Notes: generated by a model not told the origin, from the letters alone. 47,749 nt of DNA from Candidatus Firestoneibacteriota bacterium (GCA_043822305.1 JBDRBU010000087.1:1-47749); one strand, 5' to 3'. Counted from the first letter of the stretch, positions 9,782 to 19,106 are shown. A program made the numbers and translations.

Positions 9782-10032
9782 TTTTTTTTACCTCTTTTCC
9801 CTATGAACTCGTTTTCCAGCTTTGAAATATGTTGCGAAAATTTATGCAGTAAAAAATTAAAATCTTCCATCCTGGTGAGCATTATAGTTTTCCTGTGCTT
9901 ATTGGCAAAGACCATTAATTTATCGTTCGGTTTGATACCCAGCGATTTTCTGACCTCCATCGGGATGACAACCTGTCCTCTGCCTCCAACAGTTGTAGAA
10001 CCGCAAATATCATTTTTAAACGGTAACATCAT
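9778..10032 (-). CDS. AbrB/MazE/SpoVT-family DNA-binding protein
   Basis: GSTTVGGRGQVVIPMEVRKSLGIKPNDKL. Confidence 0.85.
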   Translation of the reverse strand: MMLPFKNDICGSTTVGGRGQVVIPMEVRKSLGIKPNDKLMVFANKHRKTIMLTRMEDFNFLLHKFSQHISKLENEFIGKRGKKK

Positions 10033-10082
10033 ATTCCACCTCCAGTGTGAAAAGTATGATTTGTATGAAATATACTATAAGC

Positions 10083-10175
10083 ATGATAACACATATTTAT
10101 ATTTTTGTCAAGAGGGGCATATCGTGTAAAAATTAATATTTTTTAGTTGTATTTAATAAATAATTTGTGTATAAT
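10083..10175. promoter_or_regulatory. Divergent sigma70 promoters
   Basis: Minus strand TTGACA(10111-10106)-N17-TATCAT; plus strand TTGTAT(10147)-N17-TATAAT(10170). Confidence 0.55.
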
Positions 10176-10181
10176 AAAACT

Positions 10182-10244
10182 GGTATGTTGGGGTCAGAGA
10201 CGACCAAAGGAAGTCCCTGTGGGACGACCCCGACTCCATTTATT
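10182..10244 (+). repeat. GGTATGT(C/T)GGGGTCAGAGACGACCCCGACTCCATTTATT element carrying a nested 24-nt insertion
   Basis: Matches 30039-30077 with one mismatch once 10206-10229 is removed. Confidence 0.85.
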
Positions 10245-10351
10245 TAATAAAGATAGGTTTAATTGCTTCGCAATTAAACATAAGGAGAGTCGGCTCTGAT
10301 TGCTTTGCAATCAAGCACGACCAAGATTATATTTTACATTAAGGAGAGTCG

Positions 10352-11560
10352 ATGACTTTAATACAAAATAGTTTTTATAAGCTTGGTATAGCACCAGGAC
10401 TTCTCGATGTGCTTGAGAATCTTAAGTTTAGCGAACCGACACCTATCCAGTATAAAGCCATACCCATAGCTATTGATGGTAAGGATATTATAGGGATTGC
10501 ACAGACCGGCACAGGAAAGACGCTTGCTTTCTGCATACCGATGATTCAGCGACTGGCACAGAATAAAAGCAGGGGACTAGTGCTTGTTCCTACACGCGAA
10601 CTAGCCATACAAGTTAACGAAGTATTTAAAAAGTTTGCCCCAATATTTAAGATGAGAGTAATAATAGTCATAGGTGGAGAATCTATGCATGCCCAAACAT
10701 TGTCTTTGAAAAATGATCCTCGAATTATCATTGCCACCCCTGGTCGTCTCATTGATCATATAAATCGGCGAAACACTCGTCTTGATAATGTGAATATTCT
10801 TGTTCTTGATGAGGCCGACCGTATGCTTGATATGGGCTTTGCTCCGCAAATAGAACAAATTCTAAGGTGTATACCCAAAGACCGCCAGACTATGCTATTT
10901 TCAGCAACGATTCCACCTAGTATAGTGAAGATTGCGTCCACCTATATGCATCTGCCAATACATACCGAGATAGCACCTACAGGGACAGCTCCTGATCTTA
11001 TTTCTCAGGAAATGTTTATTGTCAGTAAGGATATGAAAGGGATGCTTCTAACTGAACTGCTTAAACAATACACCGGCTCGGTACTTCTGTTTGTGCGAAC
11101 AAGAATAGGAGTACGAAAAGTGACGAGTTTTCTGGTGAAAATGGGTTATGCTGCGGCTGAGATTCATTCAGACAGAACATTATGGCAACGGAAGGAGGCC
11201 CTGAGCGGATTTAAGTCCGGAAAATATCGTATCCTTGTTGCAACAGATATTGCCGCCCGGGGTATTGATGTAGTTAATATCGAACTTGTTATAAATTACG
11301 ACCTGCCTGATGATCCAGAAAATTATGTCCACAGAATTGGGCGAACTGGAAGGGCTGGAATAAAAGGTCATTCTATTGCCTTTGCAACTCCTGATCAAGG
11401 AAGTGATGTTAAAAATATCGAGAAAATTATCAGGACATCAATTCCTCTTTCTGCTCATCCTCGTCTACCCAAGAAACATTTTTCCTACACCCCAAAAGCC
11501 TCTGGTAGAGTGTATCGTCCACAACGAAACAGATTTCGCAGTTTTAAACGTCGATCATAA
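10352..11560 (+). CDS. DEAD-box RNA helicase (RhlE-like)
   Basis: Q motif, AQTGTGKT, PTRELA, TPGR, LDEADRMLDMGF, SAT, ARGID, HRIGRTGR. Confidence 0.93.
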   Translation: MTLIQNSFYKLGIAPGLLDVLENLKFSEPTPIQYKAIPIAIDGKDIIGIAQTGTGKTLAFCIPMIQRLAQNKSRGLVLVPTRELAIQVNEVFKKFAPIFKMRVIIVIGGESMHAQTLSLKNDPRIIIATPGRLIDHINRRNTRLDNVNILVLDEADRMLDMGFAPQIEQILRCIPKDRQTMLFSATIPPSIVKIASTYMHLPIHTEIAPTGTAPDLISQEMFIVSKDMKGMLLTELLKQYTGSVLLFVRTRIGVRKVTSFLVKMGYAAAEIHSDRTLWQRKEALSGFKSGKYRILVATDIAARGIDVVNIELVINYDLPDDPENYVHRIGRTGRAGIKGHSIAFATPDQGSDVKNIEKIIRTSIPLSAHPRLPKKHFSYTPKASGRVYRPQRNRFRSFKRRS

Positions 11561-11598
11561 AAAGGGGTCAGAGTCAAAAGTCAAAATAGGGACAGACA
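11561..11598 (+). repeat. AAAGGGGTCAGAGTC followed by AAAATAGGGACAGACA
   Basis: Two repeat-family motifs in tandem directly after the helicase stop. Confidence 0.75.
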
Positions 11599-11758
11599 AA
11601 CTTTTGGGGAATGAACTATGTTGAGCCCAAGAAGACAAAAAAGATGCAAAGTTTGTAGTAAATGGTTTAAAAGAAATGAGATTAGAGAGAATAAATAATA
11701 TTGAGTGAGGTAATAAGTATTTGCCAAAGTAATGGGTCAGTGAAAGGTACATGGTTTG

Positions 11759-11781
11759 GTAGCCGCAGGCTTCAGCCTGCG
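11759..11781 (+). repeat. GTAG-type REP-like palindrome GTAGCCGCAGGCTTCAGCCTGCG
   Basis: GTAG plus CGCAGGCT/AGCCTGCG stem. Confidence 0.8.
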
Positions 11782-11843
11782 AAATTTGTAATAGATTTTA
11801 TACTAAATAGTGATATAATTTTTGAAGATAAATTGTGAAAAAA

Positions 11844-11859
11844 TGTCTGTCCCTGTTTT
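11844..11859 (-). repeat. AAAACAGGGACAGACA, inverted partner of 11583-11598
   Basis: 15/16 identity in inverted orientation. Confidence 0.7.
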
Positions 11860-11864
11860 TTTGT

Positions 11865-11939
11865 TGCCGGGTCGTCTAATGGTAGGACGCCTGACTCTGG
11901 ATCAGGTAGCTGAAGGTTCGAGCCCTTCCCCGGCAGCCA
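11865..11939 (+). tRNA. tRNA-Gln(CTG)
   Basis: TGCCGGG/CCCGGCA acceptor stem, CCTGA-CTCTGGA-TCAGG anticodon arm, TTCGAGC T-loop, encoded CCA. Confidence 0.95.
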
Positions 11940-11978
11940 GATAAAACATTACGAATTAAAAAATTATAGGAGAGAAAG

Positions 11979-12170
11979 ATGGAATGTAAAAAATCTAATA
12001 ATTTAAAGAAATGTATATGTACATATGAGCCGTGTAGTCGAAAAGGATTATGCTGTGAATGTGTAGCGTATCATAGAGATAGTGGTGAAATTCCGGGATG
12101 TTTTTTCCAGAAGTCTGTTGAAAAAATATATGACAGGTCTATAGAAAATTTTATACAATCTTATAAATAA
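11979..12170 (+). CDS. Small Cys-rich protein (DUF6485-like)
   Basis: C.CTYEPC.RKG.CCEC..YH....PGCFF pattern; AGGAG RBS. Confidence 0.75.
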   Translation: MECKKSNNLKKCICTYEPCSRKGLCCECVAYHRDSGEIPGCFFQKSVEKIYDRSIENFIQSYK

Positions 12171-12182
12171 ATAAATTTTAGA

Positions 12183-12211
12183 TTGACTTAATTAAAATTA
12201 TGTTATAAAAT
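12183..12211 (+). promoter_or_regulatory. sigma70 promoter for the ilvC operon
   Basis: TTGACT-N17-TAAAAT. Confidence 0.6.
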
Positions 12212-12227
12212 AAAGACAATGTAAAAA

Positions 12228-12254
12228 GGTATGTCAGGGACGACCCTGATTCCA
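12228..12254 (+). repeat. Degenerate GGTATGTC-AGGGACGACCCTGATTCCA element
   Basis: Copy of the 30039 element lacking GGGGTC. Confidence 0.6.
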
Positions 12255-12283
12255 GGATAAGTGGTAATTTAAGGAGGGAAATT

Positions 12284-13276
12284 ATGGCAAGAGTGTACTG
12301 TGATAAGGATGCGGATTTAAAGTATCTTAAAGGTAAAATCGTGGCTATTATAGGATATGGTAATCAGGGGCGCGCGCAAGGTTTAAATTTAAGGGATAGC
12401 AAAATAGATGTTATTGTCAGTGACTTACCAGATACTCCTGCATATGAGGCAGCAAAAAAAGACAAAATGAAAATTATGACAGCGACAGAAGCAGCAGAAA
12501 AGGCAGATTTAATTCAAATTTTAACACAGGATGATCTTCAGGCAAGACTTTACAAAGATTCAGTAGCAAAGAGTATGAAAAAAGGGAAAACATTGGTATT
12601 CTCTCATGGGTTTAATATTCATTTTAATCAAATTGTTCCTCCACCTGAAATAGATGTGATTATGATCGCACCTAAAGGGCCTGGTTTTTTAGTTAGAAGG
12701 CAGTATGAAGAAGGAAGGGGTGTTCCTGCTTTAATAGCCGTGTACCAGGATGCTTCTGGTAAGGCGAAACAAACGGCACTTGCATATGCTAAAGGGATTG
12801 GAGCAACTAAAGCTGGGGTATTAGAGACTACATTTAAAGAGGAAACAGAGACAGATTTATTTGGTGAGCAAGCAGTTCTTTGTGGTGGTGCAACATCACT
12901 TATAAAAGCAGGGTTTGAAACACTTACCGAAGCCGGATATCAGCCAGAGGTAGCATATTTTGAATGTATGCACGAATTAAAACTTATCTGTGATTTAATG
13001 TATGAAGCAGGGATACATGGTATGAGAGAGAAGATAAGTACTACGGCCAGGTATGGAGATGTTACCAGAGGTCCAAGAATTATTACTGATGAAACTAAAA
13101 AAGAAATGAAAAAAATACTTGAAGAAATTCAAAGTGGAAAATTTGCAAATGAATGGATTGTAGAAAACATGGCCGGCAAGCCAGTATTTAATGCGTTAAT
13201 GAATAAAGATAAAGAACATTTAATTGAAAAAGTTGGTAAGACATTAAGAAGTATGATGTCATGGATAAAAAAATAA
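12284..13276 (+). CDS. ilvC: Ketol-acid reductoisomerase
   Basis: [42 protein letters not shown]. Confidence 0.96.
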   Translation: MARVYCDKDADLKYLKGKIVAIIGYGNQGRAQGLNLRDSKIDVIVSDLPDTPAYEAAKKDKMKIMTATEAAEKADLIQILTQDDLQARLYKDSVAKSMKKGKTLVFSHGFNIHFNQIVPPPEIDVIMIAPKGPGFLVRRQYEEGRGVPALIAVYQDASGKAKQTALAYAKGIGATKAGVLETTFKEETETDLFGEQAVLCGGATSLIKAGFETLTEAGYQPEVAYFECMHELKLICDLMYEAGIHGMREKISTTARYGDVTRGPRIITDETKKEMKKILEEIQSGKFANEWIVENMAGKPVFNALMNKDKEHLIEKVGKTLRSMMSWIKK

Positions 13277-13297
13277 TATTTATTTTGGAGGTGTAAT

Positions 13298-13996
13298 ATG
13301 AAAAGATTACCGATTGCAGAGAAGGAAATAATGTTTCCATTAGTTTTGTTAGTGATCTTTACATTATTCATTTGGGCCTTTACTTATTTCTTGCTTGCCT
13401 GGAGGTATGCCTGGATAGGTACCTGGGCAACAGGATTTTGTTTACTGATGGTTTTTGTCATATCTTATTTTTATAGGGATCCGGAGAGGAAAATAAGATT
13501 AGTTAAAGGATCAGTCCTTTCGCCAGCAGACGGAAAGATAGTTTCAATTGAAGATGGAGTTGAAGTAAAAGACTTAAAAGGTAAATTTAAAAAAGTGAGT
13601 ATATACTTGTCTTTATTTAATGTGCATATCCAAAGGATGCCAATTAGTGGAGTTATAGAAAAGATTAAAAAAGTAAAAGGAAGTTTTTTGCCTGCTTATA
13701 AATCAGCTGCTGGGAAGAAAAATAGTCAAAATATATTTGTGATAAAAGGTGAAATACCCGTTGTCGTAAAACAAATAGCAGGATTTTTTGTGCAAAAAGC
13801 AATTGCCTGGGTTAAAGAAGGGGAGGATCTAAAAGCAGGGGAACGAATAGGAATGATTAGATTTAGTTCGAGAGTAGAAATTTTTCTTCCGAGAAATGTA
13901 ACTTTAGATGTTGTCCAAGGGATGAAAGTATTTGCAGGCAAGACAGTAATTGGTTACATGAGCAAAGACAGTGAGGAAAGCAGAAAAAGTAAATGA
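13298..13996 (+). CDS. psd: Phosphatidylserine decarboxylase family proenzyme
   Basis: YRDPER, SPADG, NVH, QIAG, GMIRFSSRV; upstream of pssA. Confidence 0.82.
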   Translation: MKRLPIAEKEIMFPLVLLVIFTLFIWAFTYFLLAWRYAWIGTWATGFCLLMVFVISYFYRDPERKIRLVKGSVLSPADGKIVSIEDGVEVKDLKGKFKKVSIYLSLFNVHIQRMPISGVIEKIKKVKGSFLPAYKSAAGKKNSQNIFVIKGEIPVVVKQIAGFFVQKAIAWVKEGEDLKAGERIGMIRFSSRVEIFLPRNVTLDVVQGMKVFAGKTVIGYMSKDSEESRKSK

Positions 13997-14793
13997 ATAA
14001 AAAATTAACACTTTTTCCAAATTTACTTACTTCGACTAATTTGTTTTGTGGGTTTCTGGCATTAATATTTGCAGTAAATGATGCATTGAAATTAGTAAAG
14101 TATGAGGATGTTTTAAGACCATTCGTATTATCAAGTTGGCTTATTTTACTGGCCATGGTGCTTGATTTATTAGATGGCATTATAGCCAGATTAACCAAAA
14201 CTGATAGTGCGTTTGGTCTAGAGTTTGATTCACTCGCAGATTTAACATCTTTTGGAATAGCACCGGCTGTTATACTTTATCTTTCCGTTTTAAGATATCA
14301 TGGCAAATTAGGTTGGTTTTTTGCATCCGTTTATGTCATAGGTGGTGCATTAAGATTAGCCAGATTTAATAGTAGTCATGTAAAAACAGATTCAAAAAAT
14401 TTTACCGGACTTCCTATTCCAGCTGCTGCGGGCATACTTGTTTCCTATACACTTTTCAGCCAGTGGGGAGAATGGTATTATGTCGAAGCACCTAAATTAT
14501 TTTTTGACAAAGCCATGGGTTGGTTCGCTGAAAATGTTAATATAGTTAACCAAATTATAATTCCAATTTTAATGTTAGGTTTAGCCGGTTTAATGGTAAG
14601 TTCTATAAAGTTTCCATCTTTTAAGCAGTACATAACTAAAGGGAAAATATCTTTTGTAATATTAATAATTACAATTATAATTGTTATGATTTTGGTTATA
14701 AAGCCAGAAGTAACTATATTTGTTCTAACAGTAGGATATTTAATTATAGGATTAAGTAAAGCTATCTTTGGTTTATTGAGGAGAAAACAATGA
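13993..14793 (+). CDS. pssA: CDP-diacylglycerol--serine O-phosphatidyltransferase
   Basis: PNLLT, DLLDGIIAR...FGLEFDSLADLTSFGIAP, LRLARFN, FTGLP. Confidence 0.9.
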   Translation: MNKKLTLFPNLLTSTNLFCGFLALIFAVNDALKLVKYEDVLRPFVLSSWLILLAMVLDLLDGIIARLTKTDSAFGLEFDSLADLTSFGIAPAVILYLSVLRYHGKLGWFFASVYVIGGALRLARFNSSHVKTDSKNFTGLPIPAAAGILVSYTLFSQWGEWYYVEAPKLFFDKAMGWFAENVNIVNQIIIPILMLGLAGLMVSSIKFPSFKQYITKGKISFVILIITIIIVMILVIKPEVTIFVLTVGYLIIGLSKAIFGLLRRKQ

Positions 14794-16301
14794 GAGAAAA
14801 AATAATAATATTCGATACAACACTAAGAGATGGAGAACAAGTGCCTGGGGCATCTATTGCCAAAGATGAAAAGATTGAGATAGCCAGACAACTTGAAAAA
14901 TTAAATGTAGATGTTATTGAGGCCGGTTTTCCAATTTCATCACCGGGTGATTTAATTTCTGTAAGAGAAATAGCCAGAGTACTTAAAAAACCTATTATTG
15001 CTGGTTTGGCCAGAGCAGTAAAAAAAGATATAGATGCTTGTCGAGAAGCACTAAAGTCTGCTAAGAAACCAAGAATTCATACTTTCATCGGAACATCAGA
15101 TATACATGTAAAGTACATTACCAATACAACAAGAGAAGAAGTTTTAAGGCGAGCAGTTGAAGCCGTTAAATATGCGAGAAATTACTGTGATGATGTTGAG
15201 TTCTCTCCCATGGATGCCTCAAGGACAGATTTTGATTATCTTTGTCAGGTTGTAGAAGAAACTATAAAAGCGGGTGCAAGCACTATAAATATTCCAGATT
15301 CTGTTGGCTATGCAGAGCCGGAAGAATTTGGAGAGTTGATAAGGAAATTGTTAAATATTGTCCCTAATATTAATAAAACAGTTTTATCTGTTCATTGCCA
15401 TAATGATCTGGGTCTGGCCACGGCAAATTCACTTTCTGCCATTAAAAATGGTGCCAGGCAGATTGAATGCACTATAAACGGATTAGGTGAGAGAGCCGGG
15501 AATGCTTCCTTAGAAGAAATTGTTATGACTTTAAAAGTGAGGAAAGATATTTACAAGGTAGATACAGATATAAAAACAGAGGAGATTTATAGAACATCAA
15601 GATTAGTCAGCAGGTTTACAGGTATGCTGGTTCAGTCAAATAAGGCAATTGTTGGACAAAATGCATTTGCTCATGCCTCAGGGATTCATCAGGATGCAAT
15701 ATTAAAAAAAGAATCCACTTTTGGAATTATGACACCAAAAAGTATCGGCATACCTGGCCATGAGATAGTTCTAACAAGCCGTTCAGGTAGACATGCATTA
15801 GTTCACAGACTGTCTGAATTAGGGTTTGGTGTATCAAAAAAAGAATTAAATGGAATATATCAGAAATTTTTGGAAATAGCAGATAAGAAAAAAGAAATTT
15901 TTGATGATGATTTAATAACTCTTATGGAGATTCAAGGGAAAAAGGGTCTGGAGGCATTATATCACCTTGAATACATTTATGTCGCCACAGGAAATAAAAT
16001 GGTTCCAACAGCGACTGTTTCGATAAAGACAGGAAATAAGATTTATAAATCTGCTTCTATAGGTGATGGTCCTGTAGATGCTACTTATAAAGCCATAAAT
16101 GAAATTGTAAAGGAAAATGTTAAACTTATCGATTATCAAATAAAGTCAGTAACATCCGGAAAAGAAGCACAAGGTGAAGTAACTGTTCGAATAAAAAAAG
16201 GGGAAAGAGAAGTTAATGGCCGAGGCATATCAACGGATATTATTGAAGCAAGTGCCAAAGCATATTTAGATGCCTTGTCAAAAATGGCAAGGAAGAAGTA
16301 A
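14790..16301 (+). CDS. leuA: 2-isopropylmalate synthase
   Basis: FDTTLRDGEQ, HCHNDLGLA, GERAGN, HASGIHQD, regulatory domain GDGPVDA. Confidence 0.95.
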   Translation: MREKIIIFDTTLRDGEQVPGASIAKDEKIEIARQLEKLNVDVIEAGFPISSPGDLISVREIARVLKKPIIAGLARAVKKDIDACREALKSAKKPRIHTFIGTSDIHVKYITNTTREEVLRRAVEAVKYARNYCDDVEFSPMDASRTDFDYLCQVVEETIKAGASTINIPDSVGYAEPEEFGELIRKLLNIVPNINKTVLSVHCHNDLGLATANSLSAIKNGARQIECTINGLGERAGNASLEEIVMTLKVRKDIYKVDTDIKTEEIYRTSRLVSRFTGMLVQSNKAIVGQNAFAHASGIHQDAILKKESTFGIMTPKSIGIPGHEIVLTSRSGRHALVHRLSELGFGVSKKELNGIYQKFLEIADKKKEIFDDDLITLMEIQGKKGLEALYHLEYIYVATGNKMVPTATVSIKTGNKIYKSASIGDGPVDATYKAINEIVKENVKLIDYQIKSVTSGKEAQGEVTVRIKKGEREVNGRGISTDIIEASAKAYLDALSKMARKK

Positions 16302-16304
16302 AGT

Positions 16305-16329
16305 AAAAGGGGACAGGGAACCCTATTTT
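16305..16329 (+). repeat. AAAAGGGGACAGGGAACCCTATTTT repeat copy
   Basis: GGGAC-family imperfect palindrome 3 nt after the leuA stop. Confidence 0.6.
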
Positions 16330-16427
16330 ATTCCGAATTAGAGCCACAAACAGACCGAATAATTAGCGTCTTTTATTCGTGTTCATTCGTGTTGTGCTTA
16401 ACTTTTTGAGCATAAACTATATAATCG

Positions 16428-16655
16428 ATGGAGGGGAATATGGATTATCCTGTAATTTTTGAGAGGAATGAGGATGATGGATGGACAGTAACCTGTCCCA
16501 TTTTACCAGGATGTATAAGTGAAGGCAGAACAAAAGAAGAAGCAGAGCAAAATATTAAGGATGCTATTCAATTATATCTACGAGCAGTAAAAAAAGAAAT
16601 GCAAATAATAAAACAGCATGGGGCAAGAATAACAAAGGTTGCCATAGGAGTGTAA
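16428..16655 (+). CDS. hicB: HicB-family antitoxin (start probably 16440)
   Basis: Y.VIFE..EDDGWTVTCP.LPGC.SEG.T.EEA..NIKDAI. Confidence 0.88.
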   Translation: MEGNMDYPVIFERNEDDGWTVTCPILPGCISEGRTKEEAEQNIKDAIQLYLRAVKKEMQIIKQHGARITKVAIGV

Positions 16656-16656
16656 T

Positions 16657-16893
16657 TTGCCTAAACTACCGAGAGTTTCAGGGAAAGAGACAATTCGGGC
16701 GATTCGACGAGCAGGGTTTAGAATTTTTGACCAAACAGGAAGTCATGTATACTTAAATAAATTTGATGGGGATAGATTTGGTCCTCGAGTAACTGTTCCT
16801 ATTCATGGAAATAAAACTCTGGCGCCAAAGACTTTAAAAAGTGTTCTTAAAGCATCAAATTTGTCTATAGAGGAATTTATTGAATTGTTGTGA
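16657..16893 (+). CDS. hicA: HicA-family mRNA interferase toxin
   Basis: PKLPRVSGKE..R....GF...QTGSH...VTVP.H...L...TL..VL. Confidence 0.88.
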   Translation: MPKLPRVSGKETIRAIRRAGFRIFDQTGSHVYLNKFDGDRFGPRVTVPIHGNKTLAPKTLKSVLKASNLSIEEFIELL

Positions 16894-16921
16894 ATTTATT
16901 TGACAAATTATTGTTAATACA

Positions 16922-17157
16922 CTGTGGCCGTATACCCAAAAAATAGAGTTAATGGATAAATTAACCGTAAAAAGTAAATTAAGGAATAAAGATATTGAGG
17001 AAATAAGTCATGTCATAAAAAATTCTTTAAGCAAAAAATATAAACGATGAAATTAGTTGTAGACACATTGGACAACAAGAGATATTGTTTTTTACTTAAA
17101 GAAATATTATTTTAAATTATAATGCTGATTAAATTGTCGGTTACAAGAAGTTCTTAA
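16922..17157 (+). pseudogene. Decayed antitoxin / PIN-toxin pair remnant
   Basis: ..LWPYTQKIELMDKLTVKSKLRNKDIEEISHVIKNSLSKKYKR* coupled by ATGA (17047-17050) to MKLVVDT.., a PIN-like N-terminus that stops at 17115. Confidence 0.5.
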
Positions 17158-17226
17158 AATCAAAGAGAGGTTTTAAAAAAGCCCATCTTTATTTTTTGCA
17201 ATAATCTACGAAGCGAGGATTATCAT

Positions 17227-18477
17227 ATGGGAATGACGATAACAGAAAAAATATTAGCAAAACATTGCGGTAAAAAGATTGTCCGACCAGGTGATTTACT
17301 TTGGGTGAAAGTTGATATAGCTTTAGGCAATGATATTACTGCACCTATTTCTATAAAAGAGTTTTATTTAGCCGGTGCAAAAAAAGTATTTGATAAAAAT
17401 AAAGTAGTATTAGTTCCAGACCATTTCACTCCGAATAAAGATATTAAATCTGCTGAACAAGCAAAAATGCTCAGAGATTTTGCAAGAGAACAAAAACTAA
17501 AATATTATTTTGAAGTAGGAAAAATGGGGGTTGAGCATGCCTTACTTCCCGAACAGGGTATTGTTACTGCTGGTGATTTAATCATTGGAGCAGATTCTCA
17601 TACCTGTACATATGGTGGGTTAGGAGCATTTTCAACAGGAGTGGGCAGTACTGATTTAGCTGCGGCCATGATAACAGGTGAAACATGGCTTAAGGTTCCA
17701 GAGACTATAAAATTTATTTTTAATGGTAAATTAAACAAATGGGTTGGTGGCAAGGATTTAATACTTTATATTATAGGAAATATTGGAGTTGATGGTGCGT
17801 TATATAAGGCCATGGAGTTTACAGGTGAGGCTATAAGAAATTTATCCATGGAAAGTAGACTTTCAATGTGTAATATGGCCATAGAAGCCGGCGGGAAAAA
17901 TGGAATAATCGAGCCAGATGAAATCACAAAAGAATATTTAAAAAATAGGGCCGTAAGAAAGCCGATATTTTATTCTAGTGATAAAGATGCGAAATATTCT
18001 CAAGTTATTGAATATGATTCGGCTAAGATAGAACCTCAAGTAGCATTTCCGCATTTACCTTCCAATACAAAACCGATTAGTAAAGTTGGAAAAATTAAAA
18101 TAGACCAGGTAATAATTGGTTCATGCACAAATGGAAGAATAGAGGATATGCGAATGGCCGCAAAAGTTGTTAAAGGTAAAAAAGTTCATAAAAATGTAAG
18201 GGCCATAGTGATTCCCGCGACACAGATGGTATTTAAACAAATGATAAAAGAAGGATTAATGGAGATTTTCGTAGAGTCTGGTTTTGCTGTATCTACTCCT
18301 ACCTGTGGACCGTGTCTGGGTGGTCATATGGGAATTTTAGCCGAAGGAGAAGTTGCTGTGGCCACAACAAATAGAAACTTTGTAGGAAGAATGGGACATC
18401 CAAAATCAGAAGTATACCTTTCTAATCCAGCTATTGCTGCTGCTTCTGCAATTTCAGGAAGAATTGCAAGTCCTTAA
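17227..18477 (+). CDS. leuC: 3-isopropylmalate dehydratase large subunit
   Basis: [30 protein letters not shown]. Confidence 0.9.
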   Translation: MGMTITEKILAKHCGKKIVRPGDLLWVKVDIALGNDITAPISIKEFYLAGAKKVFDKNKVVLVPDHFTPNKDIKSAEQAKMLRDFAREQKLKYYFEVGKMGVEHALLPEQGIVTAGDLIIGADSHTCTYGGLGAFSTGVGSTDLAAAMITGETWLKVPETIKFIFNGKLNKWVGGKDLILYIIGNIGVDGALYKAMEFTGEAIRNLSMESRLSMCNMAIEAGGKNGIIEPDEITKEYLKNRAVRKPIFYSSDKDAKYSQVIEYDSAKIEPQVAFPHLPSNTKPISKVGKIKIDQVIIGSCTNGRIEDMRMAAKVVKGKKVHKNVRAIVIPATQMVFKQMIKEGLMEIFVESGFAVSTPTCGPCLGGHMGILAEGEVAVATTNRNFVGRMGHPKSEVYLSNPAIAAASAISGRIASP

Positions 18478-18478
18478 T

Positions 18479-18498
18479 TAGGGACAGCGACCATTTTT
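18479..18498 (+). repeat. TAGGGACAGCGACCATTTTT repeat copy
   Basis: GGGAC-family motif 1 nt after the leuC stop. Confidence 0.55.
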
Positions 18499-18509
18499 AT
18501 TTAAAATTT

Positions 18510-18971
18510 ATGGTAAAAATGATAGATGTAAGTAATAAAGAAGTCACTAAAAGAGTTGCGATTGCAAAGGCAGAAGTTATTCTTAGCGGAAAGTTAATAA
18601 ATCTTATCAAAAAAAATAAAATTCCTAAAGGAAATGTCCTCCAAACTGCCAAATTAGCAGGCATAATGGCTGCAAAGAAAGTAAAAGATATTATTCCTCT
18701 TTGTCATCAGATAAACTGCGAAGGTATTAATATTGATATAAAAATAAAAAAAAATGGTTTAGAAATTATATCAGAAGTAATAGCCGAAGCAAAAACAGGT
18801 GTTGAAATGGAAGCATTGCTGGCTGTGGTATCTTCTGCCTTAACAGTTTATGATATGTGCAAGATGATTGAGAGGGGAATCAAGATAACGAATGTAATGC
18901 TGATTAAAAAGACAGGTGGAAAGACAGGGGACTATGTAAGGGCAAAACAAAATGTAATAAGGAGGAGATAA
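18510..18971 (+). CDS. moaC: Cyclic pyranopterin monophosphate synthase
   Basis: MIDVS.K, IPLCH, TGVEMEAL, YDMCK, KTGGK. Confidence 0.93.
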   Translation: MVKMIDVSNKEVTKRVAIAKAEVILSGKLINLIKKNKIPKGNVLQTAKLAGIMAAKKVKDIIPLCHQINCEGINIDIKIKKNGLEIISEVIAEAKTGVEMEALLAVVSSALTVYDMCKMIERGIKITNVMLIKKTGGKTGDYVRAKQNVIRRR

Positions 18972-19106
18972 AATAAAAACTAACATAGTTGAAAAAATTA
19001 GAACTGCGAAATACAAAGGAAAAATGTTTGTGTTTATAGACAAGGTATTGACAGATAATGACAAAATAAATTTGAGTGCTTTTGTGAGATTAAAGGTGAT
19101 TTAGAT

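Noticed and set aside
11376..11752. ORFs 11376-11624 (+) and 11555-11752 (-)
   Set aside because: They overlap the helicase end and run through repeat motifs, with no protein-like features.
4610..11939. tRNA-anchored integrative element or prophage
   Set aside because: No integrase, phage genes or duplicated tRNA 3' end were seen; the intervening genes are mostly housekeeping.
12284..16301. psd-pssA embedded between ilvC and leuA as a novelty
   Set aside because: I recall this gene order from other bacteria such as deltaproteobacteria, so it is not treated as new.
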